Origin: Arenicellales bacterium
GTDB lineage: Bacteria > Pseudomonadota > Gammaproteobacteria > Arenicellales > JAJDZL01
Reading direction: 5' to 3'
DNA length: 64,000 bases
Assembly: GCA_965243645.1 (NCBI GenBank)
Contig: CBDEVD010000006.1
Coordinates: 1,488,838-1,552,837 of the forward strand
Part shown: positions 23,560-33,945 of the stretch, piece by piece
Numbering within the stretch: the stretch's first letter is position 1
Layout: every line of letters begins with the position of its first letter
Notes under the pieces: generated by a model
Databases searched by the model: none
What the model saw: the letters and a program-made list of their open reading frames with translations, nothing else
What the model was told of the DNA's origin: nothing
Made by a program: the position numbers and the translations under genes

Positions 23560-24028
23560 TAGCCTCTAAAAGCGCACTTTCAACCGAAGCTGCGCGCACC
23601 TGTTGACGGTCACCAGGAAATAGAAATTTCTGCTCGGCAACCTGACCTGTACGATGAGCCCAGGCTATCCATACCGTTCCCACCGGTTTGTCATCTGTAC
23701 CACCATCGGGCCCTGCAATGCCGGTAACGGATACTGCGATATCAGCACAACTGGCTTGAATCCCACCAATTGCCATCTCGCGCGCGACTACACGGCTCAC
23801 TGCCCCATTTCGCAGCAGGGAATCCTCGCGTACACCGACAAGATCTTGTTTAGCTGAATTGCTGTAGGTGACAAAACCTCGCTCGAACCATGCCGAACTG
23901 CCTGGTATTCGAGTCAAGACTTCGGCGATGAATCCGCCAGTACAGGATTCCACTGTCACGACCGCTGAGTTGCGCTCCAGCAGTAAACTCCCTAATTCAC
24001 GTGCCAGTTCATCCAATCGATTTTGCAA
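23528..24028 (-). CDS. pncC: CinA C-terminal domain / nicotinamide-nucleotide amidohydrolase PncC
   Basis: 166 aa; VESCTGG...VTYSNSAKQDLVGV...GAVS...VSVTGIAGPDGG...KPVGTVWIA. Confidence 0.85.
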   Translation of the reverse strand: MQNRLDELARELGSLLLERNSAVVTVESCTGGFIAEVLTRIPGSSAWFERGFVTYSNSAKQDLVGVREDSLLRNGAVSRVVAREMAIGGIQASCADIAVSVTGIAGPDGGTDDKPVGTVWIAWAHRTGQVAEQKFLFPGDRQQVRAASVESALLEAIEFIKDCDRS

Positions 24029-24033
24029 GCAGA

Positions 24034-26889
24034 CTACTCCTGTGGGAACAGCGTCAGACTTTCTTTGAAACTGTTAAGATCAGCAACAACAATCCCCTGT
24101 CCAGACGGTGCTTCAGATGGCAAGCCGTGGTTATCTCCATAGCCGAAAACAATGAGCCTTCGGTCGGATCCTGTAACAAGCAGATCGGCGACAAACTCAT
24201 TGAACGATTGCCGATCAATGTCGTCAAATGCTGCGGCCATCACTTCGCGAGTGTCAAACTGAAACTCTTTTTGATCAATTGAAGTCCAGTAGATTTCCGT
24301 TTTCTCCGCCAGAGAGTCATGATTCTTCAACAATTGACCAATCAAGCCCTCTTTATAAGCAATAAACTCTTCACTTGAAACATTCTGCTCAAGCCAATCT
24401 GGAAATTCGTTCAGGAACCGATCAATCGCTGCGTTCATGTCCTCGGGAACTACATCAGGGGACTGGATGATGAACATAATGCCTGGCACTCGGCCGACCG
24501 GCAGGTAATGGGAAAATACCACGTACCCAAGCTTTTGCACTGAACGTAAATCTGAGAAAAACGGTGTCTGAATGATCTGTGCTAACAAGCTCATGTAGGC
24601 TCGCTCGTGAACGGACCGGTCAGCACCTTGAATGTAGACAGTAATCGCAGAATCCGCGTTTTCTATACCAATCAGGCGCTTGAAAGGACCACCAGCTGGA
24701 AGCTTGGCCACATCAGACTTGCGCACCTCGACAACACGTTCGGGAGCTACCAACGAGGCAACCATCTGTCCCATTTCGACTGCACTGGACGACGCGACGT
24801 TACCGTGCGAAAGTGCCACAATTCTGATTCTTTCGAAATACCTTGCATTGAATTCCAGCAAATCTTCAAAGGTAACAGCCTGCAATGCTTGCAGTTCTTC
24901 GTCCTCGGACCAATTGGGTACAACAATCATTGAATAGAACTCTGAAATTGTTCGACGATAAGCAGTATCTCTCCGACTGTTTTCGATATCTCGAATCAAC
25001 TCCTGGCGATGCACTTCAAAGCGCTCGGCGTCAAATTGAGCACTTTTAAGAGTAGTGACAATTTTTTCCAACAAAGCTGACTGATTAGCGTTGAACCCTG
25101 AGATGCGGAAACTGAATCCGCGAGAGTGAGGGTACAGACTGAATTCAAGCCCTGCGAGAAGTGCCGGGTATACAAATTCATTCAGTTGATCATTGAATGC
25201 TTCAACGTACAGTGATAACAAAATCGATTCTGTGACGGAACTTTTTGTCACCGGACTTCGCACTGTAACAAAAAAGCTTGCCCGCGGTACATCGAAGGAG
25301 GTATCAGTTTGGTGCCACAATTCAAAGCCGGGGCTGGTGAAAATACGTTCTGGAATTGGCGATTTACCAGTCGCTACCAATTCGAAATTTTCGGGTAGAA
25401 ATTCATTGCGCGGTGGCAGCCATCCTGATGCATCGGCAACATCAGCTTTCCAGTTTACAATCACATCCGCTGGCAGTTCACTGAGCGAATATTCTGATTG
25501 CAGAAAAGGCGTCACTCTGTCAGTTGCTACATTCGCACCGGCAACAATGACCAGTACATTGTCTGGAGTCATATGATCGAGCACATCGACAATGAGATCG
25601 GGCGCATAGTGTTGAACCAGGTACAGCGCAGGCAGCAGTTCATCTTTTGGGTACTTGTCGATCTGTGTAGCAAGAAAATTAACCATACTGGCCGGATCCT
25701 CGACTTCGACAAATCGATAATCAATTTCGCTTAGAATTTTGTTTTCCTTAAAGCGCCACTTTTCGATACCGCGCTGCCGAATTTCCCGAATATACTGAAA
25801 CACATAGGTTGTGACATCCTGCCAGTTTTCATACCCACTTTCGGTCAACGAAATTCGGATGTTAAAGGTAGACGTGGAAATTCCGGTTTCGCCCGATGAT
25901 GCATACAAGCCTAAAGCCCAACCGCTATCTTTGAGCTCTGACAGCAAACTGCCCTGCCCTTCATGACCAATCAAATGAGCAATGTAAGATCCCGGCCGTT
26001 CACGCCAATAGGGCCGCAAATCGTGAAGAGGAAACATAAGTGTCAGATTGGGTTCATGTTTGAGTGTCTTGAACTGAAGAAGTGCCGGCAAACTATTTGG
26101 TGTAAATAAGGGTTCCGACACTTCGCGCTCGGGAAGCTGGTTATTTCTGATATCAGAAAAAATATCTTCCACCCAGCTTTGCAACTCATCGAGCGGTTCG
26201 CGGCCTAGCACAACCAGGTTCATCAGATTCGCACTATATTTCTGTTCAAAAAACTGAACCAATTCTGGGCGTATGTCACCTGCTAAGGTCTCCCCTGTTC
26301 CTGAAGCAAAGCGAGCAGCCGGATGTTTGGGGTTATAGGACTGTCGCATCGCTGACCAACGGCGCACTGCATCGCGCTGGGTGCGCATTTCAAACTCTGC
26401 GTGGACAACTGCTCGTTCCCGATCGATTTGTTGCGTCGGAAACAGTGGTGCAATGAAAAACTGTGCAAATCGATCCAAGGCAGGCTTGAGCTGGTCAGCA
26501 TCGATCCGGAAGTTATAGTTCGTCAAATCGATCGCAGTATAGGCATTGGATGAACCACCATGCTGTTCGATAAAACTGCGATATCCGTCCAGTTCCGGGT
26601 ACTTTTTTGTACCTAAAAATAGCATGTGCTCAAGATAGTGCGCCATTCCTGCCCGATCGGATGGATCATCTGCGGCACCAACTCGAACCACGAGGGATGC
26701 CGCGGCACGGGAGGTTTCTGAATCGGAAATCACCAGTACCTGCAATTGATTGTCGAGTGTGAAAGCGCGATATTGGCGATGATCATTCGGACTTTTCTGA
26801 AACGATGCGCTAAGGGTTAACGAAACCGCAAGTCCGAATACCAGCACCAGTGTTCGTAGCACTGTGTGTGAAATACGCATAACTATCAT
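24034..26889 (-). CDS. Secreted M16-family zinc metallopeptidase (pitrilysin/insulinase-like)
   Basis: 951 aa; N-terminal signal peptide and inverted zinc motif HYLEHMLF (HxxEH). Confidence 0.9.
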   Translation of the reverse strand: MIVMRISHTVLRTLVLVFGLAVSLTLSASFQKSPNDHRQYRAFTLDNQLQVLVISDSETSRAAASLVVRVGAADDPSDRAGMAHYLEHMLFLGTKKYPELDGYRSFIEQHGGSSNAYTAIDLTNYNFRIDADQLKPALDRFAQFFIAPLFPTQQIDRERAVVHAEFEMRTQRDAVRRWSAMRQSYNPKHPAARFASGTGETLAGDIRPELVQFFEQKYSANLMNLVVLGREPLDELQSWVEDIFSDIRNNQLPEREVSEPLFTPNSLPALLQFKTLKHEPNLTLMFPLHDLRPYWRERPGSYIAHLIGHEGQGSLLSELKDSGWALGLYASSGETGISTSTFNIRISLTESGYENWQDVTTYVFQYIREIRQRGIEKWRFKENKILSEIDYRFVEVEDPASMVNFLATQIDKYPKDELLPALYLVQHYAPDLIVDVLDHMTPDNVLVIVAGANVATDRVTPFLQSEYSLSELPADVIVNWKADVADASGWLPPRNEFLPENFELVATGKSPIPERIFTSPGFELWHQTDTSFDVPRASFFVTVRSPVTKSSVTESILLSLYVEAFNDQLNEFVYPALLAGLEFSLYPHSRGFSFRISGFNANQSALLEKIVTTLKSAQFDAERFEVHRQELIRDIENSRRDTAYRRTISEFYSMIVVPNWSEDEELQALQAVTFEDLLEFNARYFERIRIVALSHGNVASSSAVEMGQMVASLVAPERVVEVRKSDVAKLPAGGPFKRLIGIENADSAITVYIQGADRSVHERAYMSLLAQIIQTPFFSDLRSVQKLGYVVFSHYLPVGRVPGIMFIIQSPDVVPEDMNAAIDRFLNEFPDWLEQNVSSEEFIAYKEGLIGQLLKNHDSLAEKTEIYWTSIDQKEFQFDTREVMAAAFDDIDRQSFNEFVADLLVTGSDRRLIVFGYGDNHGLPSEAPSGQGIVVADLNSFKESLTLFPQE

Positions 26890-27071
26890 TGTAAATTCAA
26901 CTGATAGTATTTGACCTGATTCAGACCAAAATGTGCCATGTCATCAGGTATACAAATTGTTCAGGTAGCACGACACCGGCGTGATTAGATTGTGCAGGAA
27001 GCTGCGAGTTCACTACCAGATCGAATTTACAGCAACAAAATACTGTGTCAAACTGGTGTGAAGCGAAGTAA

Positions 27072-27083
27072 TTGGCGTCCCCA
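27072..27083. repeat. attL-like direct repeat TTGGCGTCCCCA (copy of the tRNA-Glu 3' end)
   Basis: Identical 12-mer occurs at 38634-38645 inside tRNA-Glu. The left copy continues as a degenerate tRNA 3' half (..AAGAGGAATTGATTCGCACC). Confidence 0.65.
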
Positions 27084-27111
27084 AGAGGAATTGATTCGCA
27101 CCTTAGGGAGC

Positions 27112-27297
27112 ATGCCAATTTCGATTACTATAATTGATCCTGAAAGAGTACCAGTGTATCAGAGAATAGCTTCCGAAGTATTGCGTCTAAAAGATCTTGG
27201 ATATAGCCAGAACAAAATCGCTCGAACTATAGGAGTTCACTCTAAAGTTGTTGCCAATGCCATTAAATATCAAATGATAAGAGACGAAAAATCATGA
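27112..27297 (+). CDS. Small helix-turn-helix protein (resolvase-type HTH)
   Basis: 61 aa from ATG 27112. The track ORF from 26992 crosses the att repeat. GYSQNKIARTIGVHSKVVANAIKY looks like an HTH_7-type motif. Its stop overlaps the next start (ATGA). Confidence 0.5.
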   Translation: MPISITIIDPERVPVYQRIASEVLRLKDLGYSQNKIARTIGVHSKVVANAIKYQMIRDEKS

Positions 27298-27863
27298 GTA
27301 AGAACGAGTGGACATTAACCCAGATTTCGAATCTACTGGACCAACCACAGTACAGATTGATTTATCTTTGTGAAAAAGGTGTCATCGTACCTGATGGAAG
27401 TGATGCTAAGGGCCGGGGGAGCAGTCGACGATTCTCAGCACGAAATTTGTTTGAATTTGTCGTGGCCCTTAAATTAAGCGAGTTTCATTTACCGACAAAA
27501 TTAACTACAAACGTTCTTAAAGCGCTTCGATCATTTGACAAGCATCTAGGAGAAAGCTATCCAATGCTGAAACTCCCCTATTCACTCAGAATTCCAAACT
27601 CTCCTGAAGTGAAAATAGTTTTGATCAATGGCTCACGTCTGTACTTTTCGATCGGAACCAAGGGTAGAAAAACCACCTATATCGGTGATTTAGATTTGCT
27701 GAACTTCGACAAATATACGGTTTCAAACAATGCTACAGATAATCTCGCTAAGTCTGCATTTCCGATTGAACGGACGAAAACTCTTCCGATCGAGTCAAAA
27801 ATCGCATCGTTTGAATTAAACCTGTCTCAGATAGCAAAAAATATTTCACTGGAATCGGTTTGA
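27294..27863 (+). CDS. MerR/excisionase-like HTH protein with an uncharacterised C-terminal domain
   Basis: 189 aa; N-terminus WTLTQISNLLDQPQYRLIYLCEKGVIVP...GRGSSRRFSARNLFEFVVALKL follows the MerR-type winged-helix pattern. Translationally coupled to the preceding gene. Confidence 0.55.
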   Translation: MSKNEWTLTQISNLLDQPQYRLIYLCEKGVIVPDGSDAKGRGSSRRFSARNLFEFVVALKLSEFHLPTKLTTNVLKALRSFDKHLGESYPMLKLPYSLRIPNSPEVKIVLINGSRLYFSIGTKGRKTTYIGDLDLLNFDKYTVSNNATDNLAKSAFPIERTKTLPIESKIASFELNLSQIAKNISLESV

Positions 27864-30208
27864 TACAGTTTAAACAGGTTTCGATGAAACTACAAATTAT
27901 TCGGTGTGGAGTTTGCTTTGCTATTCGACGGAATTTATGAGCGGCTTTATGTATTGACGCTTTCTTTCGTAGGACACCTTGCAACACAATCAATTTTGGG
28001 GCAATTTTTCGAACAGAATTCTTTGATTCAAGCAGCCATGAGACCGTATTGAATGAGTTTTCAGGATCAAGCCGGAATTAATCGTATCCGAGACGCATTA
28101 TGGCAAAGATTACCTGGAGCGACCGTTATGATAGGTGCAGGATTCAGCAAGAATGCAGAGTCTGCTCAAGGGTCGATGCCCAGTTGGACTGAACTAGCAC
28201 AGTCAATGTGCGAACAATTGTATCCAGATGAAAAGGACCAGCAACGGACGATTTCATTAGCTGCTAGCAATACTACAAGCGGCGCACTACGCCTTGCGCA
28301 GGAGTATAAAGTTGCGTTCGGGCGTAGAGATCTCCATAGATTCCTAAAGAAACATGTCAATGACCAATTGGTGCAGCCCTGTGATTTTCACAAACGGCTA
28401 CTCCAACTTCCTTGGCGGGATGTGTTTACCACTAATTGGGATACGCTACTGGAAAGGGGCCGTTCAATGGTTATAAATCCCTCCTATAGCGTCGTGAACA
28501 GTATTGACGAAATTCCAATTTCTCCAACTCCAAGAATTGTAAAACTGCATGGGTCCTTAAATGGGCATTTCCCACTCATCTTTACAGAGGAAGACTATCG
28601 AACTTTTCCTCAACGTTTTCCTCCTTTTGTGAATATGGTTCAACAATCAATGATGGAATCTGTTTTCCTTTTACTTGGATTTTCTGGAGATGACCCAAAT
28701 TTCTTGCATTGGTCTGGCTGGGTTCGCGACAACCTTGGTGAATCTGCGCCAAGAATTTTCTTGGCTGGGTGGCTGAATTTGTCTAATCACCGCAGAAGAA
28801 TGCTTGAATCTCGCAACGTCGTTTCTATTGATCTCGCTTGCCATCCAAAATCAAATCAGTGGCCACATTCTCTAAGGCACAAAATAGCGACAGATTGGAT
28901 ATTACGATCATTGGAATATGGTCGCCCGTATGAAGTATCTGAGTGGCCATCTCCGCCTCGTCGAGCAGTGGAGTCCGTGGAATCGCACCTAAAACCTATT
29001 CAGACCGTAATGCTGTGGGAACCGAAAGCAGAACCGCAGTTAATTTCTGAACATGGACAAAACGGCACTGAAAAAGTAGAGAAGGTTAGAAGACTGATAG
29101 AGGTTTGGTCCTACAACAGGAAAAACACATATCCAGGTTGGCTGACAGCACCATCAAGAATAAGAACAAATATGTGGTCTACAAGTGAATATGCTAAGGA
29201 TATCTTGGATGAGTTACCTCGGTTTCTCCCTATGGAAAGACTGCTGTCGATTCGAGAACTAACGTGGCGATGGGGGATTATGTTGAATCCATTATCCGAA
29301 GTTGAAGAATTGTCCACAAGACTTGAGAGGGAATCGTCGAACGTTCTAGCAAGTGTAGACTGTTCTCAGCGAAAGGTAGGAGGAGTCAATGTATCGGGCG
29401 CAGAATGGCCAGAGGTTCTAGAAGCTTGGATTGAGCTCAACTTAGCTTTGATGACGTCTGCACGCCATCGTTTTGACAAAAATAGTTTTGAGAGTCGAAT
29501 AAGTTCCGTTCTACCTTTCAAAGATGAAAGTGACGAAATTAATCACCGGATTATCCATGAACAGTGTATGTGGGCAGTTTTCTCATTAGATTTCGTTTCG
29601 CTAAAAAAACTACTTGATGAGTGGGACTGTGGCTCTACGGACCCTGTTTGGATGATGCGTAAGGCGGCACTACTATTCGAAATTGGGGAAGACGAACAGG
29701 CGGAAGAGGTAAACGCATTTGCACTGGCAAAGATTCAACAGAGTAACAATAATCACCAAGATATTGAATTGTCATCCAGAGAAGGTTGGGCTCTGTTTTG
29801 TGCAGGACAATCGTCTGAAGTGGAGGAGTTTTGGTATGCCTCTACCGAGTGGCAACATCGCTGGGATCGGTTTACGCCAATCCAGTGCAACGCGTCTTTG
29901 GAAATGAAACGCTACGAAGACTCCTTCCAAGTAACTACAACCCCGGAAGGAGGTCGACCATTTGACCTTGGGCATGCCTGGGTAGGTGGTTTTTCCTTTT
30001 CGATGAATGCTTACAACCGGTGGGTAGCCGCGCACAGAGCGGTTCGACTTGTCGAGGTTGCTGGTTTGCCTCCTAGAAGGGGCAATATGACGGTGGCATC
30101 AAAACTTCTCGAACTTGCAGCGCGAAACTTGATTACACACGAACCAGAACTAGCGACACGCTTAGTTCTTCGTGCGGCTGAGTATAAAAGTCAAGGAACA
30201 CTCAATTG

Positions 30209-32160
30209 GAGGCCTTTTCGTTGGCGGCCAATTCGTACGCTCTGCGTAACCAAGTTTGACCTCCAATGGAGTCAATTATCCCGCAATCCACTCCACCTGT
30301 GTGTGAATTGAGCACATTGAGCACCACCAGCCTGAATAATCTTCGCCAGTGTAAGATAACACCGAAATTCATCCGCGTTGAATCCTTCAACCTTGTGAAT
30401 ATCTGGCATTTGGAATGAAACGCCCCGTCCAGGCGCCAGGTCAGGCTGCCAACGATAAGACCAGCGAGCGAACCTCGTCGGGTTTGTTCAGCTGCATGGC
30501 AAAATTCGCGGCCGCCATCATGACGACCATTGAGATCGTTACCTTAAGCCCCAGCGATTTTTTGCCGCGCAGGTAGTGACTGTGCAGCATGAAACTATCG
30601 GCCACTCTGGAGTTGATTCGCTCCATTGCGCTTCTTTGGTGGTACAGCCGGTTCCACTTCTTCGTTGCAGGGGGTAGCACCGGGTGCTGCCGCAGGTTGT
30701 CGGCATTCACTTGGGTGCGTACCACTCTGGCCTTGGCGCCGGCTTTTACCTTACCCAGGTAATGACAGTCCTCCCGACCGGCACACTCAAAATCAGACAC
30801 CGAAGCCGGACACTGCCACTTCAGCGTGCCTCTTTTACTCTCATAACCCTGATAATGCATCAGTCGAATCTCACTGGTCTGGGGACAACGACAATATAGA
30901 TCACCGCACTCAGTGCGCAGCATCGTGTCATACACCTGAGCATCCAACGGCCGGGTCGGTACCTTGAGCTGCTCAGGATCGAGATTGACTTCCTGCCACA
31001 GATTGCGCGTGTCAATCACCGGTAAAATATCTTGTTCGTACAACTTCTTGCGCAGCTTATCGCTGTCAAGACCGCGGTCGGCAACAAAACTCTTGCACCG
31101 CGTACCCAACTGCGAGTCAATGAACTCACTCACCAGTGCATCACACAGCGGATGTTCGCTCTGGTTGGCGGGCACCAGCTTGAAATCAATCGGCAATTCA
31201 TAATTAACATCACCCAAAATGCCCAATGAGTAACCATACCAACGCTTCTCAATGACTTTCTCCTTTCCGGTGGCATCGGTGGTGTACTGGCGGTGGCAGC
31301 CCCAGGCGGCATCCGGGTCGGAGGTGCGCTGCTCACCGGTGTCAGGATCAAGGCAGTCCTTACGGCCCGTGGAGTGAGATTCGATGGATTTCCCGTCAAA
31401 GCCAGTGCGTTCACCGAAGTCAGGGCACACTTCAGCAAAACTGTCGCGCAGTTGTTCGAACTGTTGATACAAATAACCGTGTTGATCTTCAACTTTCATG
31501 ATGGTTGCGCGAAACCGGCTAAAGGCCGCTGCTGAGGGGACCCGGTAGGGTAAAAACTGATTGAGGTGATCACCGCCGTCGGGGTTGGCTTTCAATTCAA
31601 ATCCCAGTGTGGTCATCAAGGTGGGATTGCGCATCAGTTCGCGCCGGAACGATTCAGTGCTGCGATGCTGCAGGACACTCATGGCGATTAGTGCGCGCAG
31701 CATTGCCACGACGGGCCAGTCGCAACGGCCGGTGAATCTTCGTTCCCTTAAAATGGCTTCAACCAGTGGCGAAAGCTCAAGCTGGTCGAAGATTCCCTTG
31801 AGTCGTTGCAGCTCAGAACAATCGAGGTAGTCCTTCCAAAATAAGTCATAATTGATGCTTGGTGCCATGGTTCAGCCTGTTGTATTTTGTGGTTTAACAA
31901 TGGTTGCAATTATACTTCACAGAGACTGGATTGTGGCACTAATAATCAATCAAATCATAATGATAGACGAGAATATCCGGATTATCCCAGGACGCTATAG
32001 AGACGCATTGGAAACACCCAGGCAGTGGGGTAGAAATTCGGGATTTTGGCCTCAAAGTGCCAAAAAAGGCCGATTAGGGGCGATATTTTGGGGTAAGCGT
32101 TTTTTCAAGTCTCGGCTTTCGCGCGAAACATCAATACATTACAACCTTCGAAAAGGCCTC
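30209..32160 (-). mobile_element. Insertion sequence, IS4/IS5-superfamily (IS1182-like?), 1952 bp
   Basis: 12-bp perfect terminal inverted repeats GAGGCCTTTTCG (30209-30220) / CGAAAAGGCCTC (32149-32160). Flanked by direct AATTG (30204-30208 and 32161-32165). Confidence 0.85.
30441..31868 (-). CDS. DDE transposase of the IS
   Basis: 475 aa; N-terminal DUF772-like region (LSPLVEAILRERRFTGRCDWPVVAMLRALIAMSVL) and C-terminal YHQRSAMERINSR (Y-x2-R-x3-E). Confidence 0.88.
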   Translation of the reverse strand: MAPSINYDLFWKDYLDCSELQRLKGIFDQLELSPLVEAILRERRFTGRCDWPVVAMLRALIAMSVLQHRSTESFRRELMRNPTLMTTLGFELKANPDGGDHLNQFLPYRVPSAAAFSRFRATIMKVEDQHGYLYQQFEQLRDSFAEVCPDFGERTGFDGKSIESHSTGRKDCLDPDTGEQRTSDPDAAWGCHRQYTTDATGKEKVIEKRWYGYSLGILGDVNYELPIDFKLVPANQSEHPLCDALVSEFIDSQLGTRCKSFVADRGLDSDKLRKKLYEQDILPVIDTRNLWQEVNLDPEQLKVPTRPLDAQVYDTMLRTECGDLYCRCPQTSEIRLMHYQGYESKRGTLKWQCPASVSDFECAGREDCHYLGKVKAGAKARVVRTQVNADNLRQHPVLPPATKKWNRLYHQRSAMERINSRVADSFMLHSHYLRGKKSLGLKVTISMVVMMAAANFAMQLNKPDEVRSLVLSLAA

Positions 32161-33945
32161 AATTGGACACTTTCTAGGAGCACTGTGGCAACAATGCCAT
32201 ACGATGTTGTTAACAAGTTAGTAGAAACGTGCATTAACGCTTCGGAATACATTATTCCTAAACTCAATAAATCTATCAGGGGTAAGCATTGGAACGGTCG
32301 ACTTTCAGTCGTACTGGAAGTATTGTCGAGACTTATTGTGAGGTTGGATACAGAGCGTTCGAGTGAGATGCTCGGCAGAGTGCTAGGTTGGTACAGCGAC
32401 ATTATTAAGTCAATAGATTTTGCACTTCGAAATCCTGTAAGGCACCTACTATTGAGAACATGGGAAACACTTCCACGAGATTTGCAAGGAAAGCATGTTA
32501 TAGACTTGCTAAGGGCCCCGATACCGAGTGTTGCTGGATTTTCTGAAAGAGCCGATAAATTCCAATATCCTGACCCCATTGATGCGGTAAGAGACTATCG
32601 GAACATTGAAGTTACCCGAACAGAAACGAACGATGGAAGCTGGAAGAACATCGTTAGAACTGTACGTAGCGCACTCAGAAGTGACGGAGATGTACGTCAA
32701 CGCGGTATTAGACGACTTGTAGCGCTTACCAAACTCAAAGTTTTAACAAAAGAAGAATCGATAACACTGGCTCAAGGGCTATGGAAACCTAGTGACAGTG
32801 TTGATTGCCAATTTCCTGAAGAAACAGGCATTCTTGAGGAATGGGTTTTCATGGTTTTACCAGAGCCTCGAGAAGGGGTATCTGAGAACAATTTTCGGGA
32901 AAAATGGTTAAGCAATTCCATCGATATTCGGAGAAACCCTAGTGAAATTCTTTGGCAAGTAGGAAGTGCCATCGAGAATTTGAGTGCGCGAGGAACAGAG
33001 TTTCAGATCTCTTCTGAGGAGATGGAGTTTCTAACTGATGTTGTAGAATCATGGGTTCAGGAACCAATACCAATGGAGTTGAGAGTGATTGGTGCAATGA
33101 GGGAGGCATTTGCAGATAACGAGGTTCAAGAAATTCAAAAAGTAATAGTTGGATTGAGAAATATATTGTGGAAAATCGCCATTTCTGAACACTGTGCAGA
33201 AAAAATATATAACAAATGGATGAAACTGAATTCATTGGAAATTCCGGTATTCGATCTAATTCACGTGTTGATTAAGATACTGCCGAATAAAAAAAGCATA
33301 TTAATACAAACACTTCGTACCGGACTCGCTTCAGATGACCCTAAGACGGCAATAAACGCGATTTCTACATTGCAAAATTGGTTAAAGTCCAGGAGAACTG
33401 AAGATGAAGAAACTGAATTCATTCAACCTCCGATCGATTTAATACAAGAAGTAGGCGTCATTGTGTCTACACGCAGGAGAGCAGCTCTTCTCGAAGGTCT
33501 TTTACTTTCGAATTGGATAGTCGAGAATGGCACCGAGAAAGAAAAAAATACAATCAAACCACTCCTTATACAAGGGCTTAATTACCTGAACGAAGAGTTA
33601 AAGTACGAACGTGGTGAAAGAAAGTATGATAACGTGCCAGAGTTGCGCTGGGCATGCACACGTTTAGCTGTATCGATGAATAACCAAAATTGGGCTGAAC
33701 CGGATGGGATTGTTAGTATGTGGATAGAAAACGTAAACAGTGATCCGTTACCGGAGGTACGGAATATCTTCGACAACTGCGGTCAAATACCGGCAACAGA
33801 GTAGAATCCATCGTTTCAGTGAACGGAAATTTATTGCTCTCAATCCTTTGAAAAGTCTGAAAATCGACTTGGCCAAGCAGGGTATTGAAGAACAATTTTG
33901 GTGAAAATCGTGAAACAGGCATACGCTTAACTTGGGTAGAAGAGA

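Larger units (their letters stand above)
28053..33804 (+). pseudogene. SIR2-domain defence-type protein (DSR-like; ~1264 aa when reconstructed), disrupted by an IS insertion at 30209
   Basis: N-terminal SIR2_2-type motifs GAGFS, TTNWD, KLHGS, LLGFSGDDPNF. Deleting 30209-32165 joins ..YKSQGTLNW|TLSRSTVATMPYDVV.. in frame (2156 + 1639 nt = 1264 codons plus stop). Confidence 0.85.

Noticed and set aside
26992-27111. N-terminal 40 codons of track ORF 26992-27297
   Set aside because: This stretch crosses the att repeat/tRNA-half relic (..SNWRPQEE..). The HTH protein more plausibly starts at ATG 27112.
30209-30311. C-terminal 34 residues of ORF 28053-30311 (..RPFRWRPIRTLCVTKFDLQWSQLSRNPLHLCVN)
   Set aside because: They are encoded by the IS left end after the insertion point and are not part of the native SIR2 protein.
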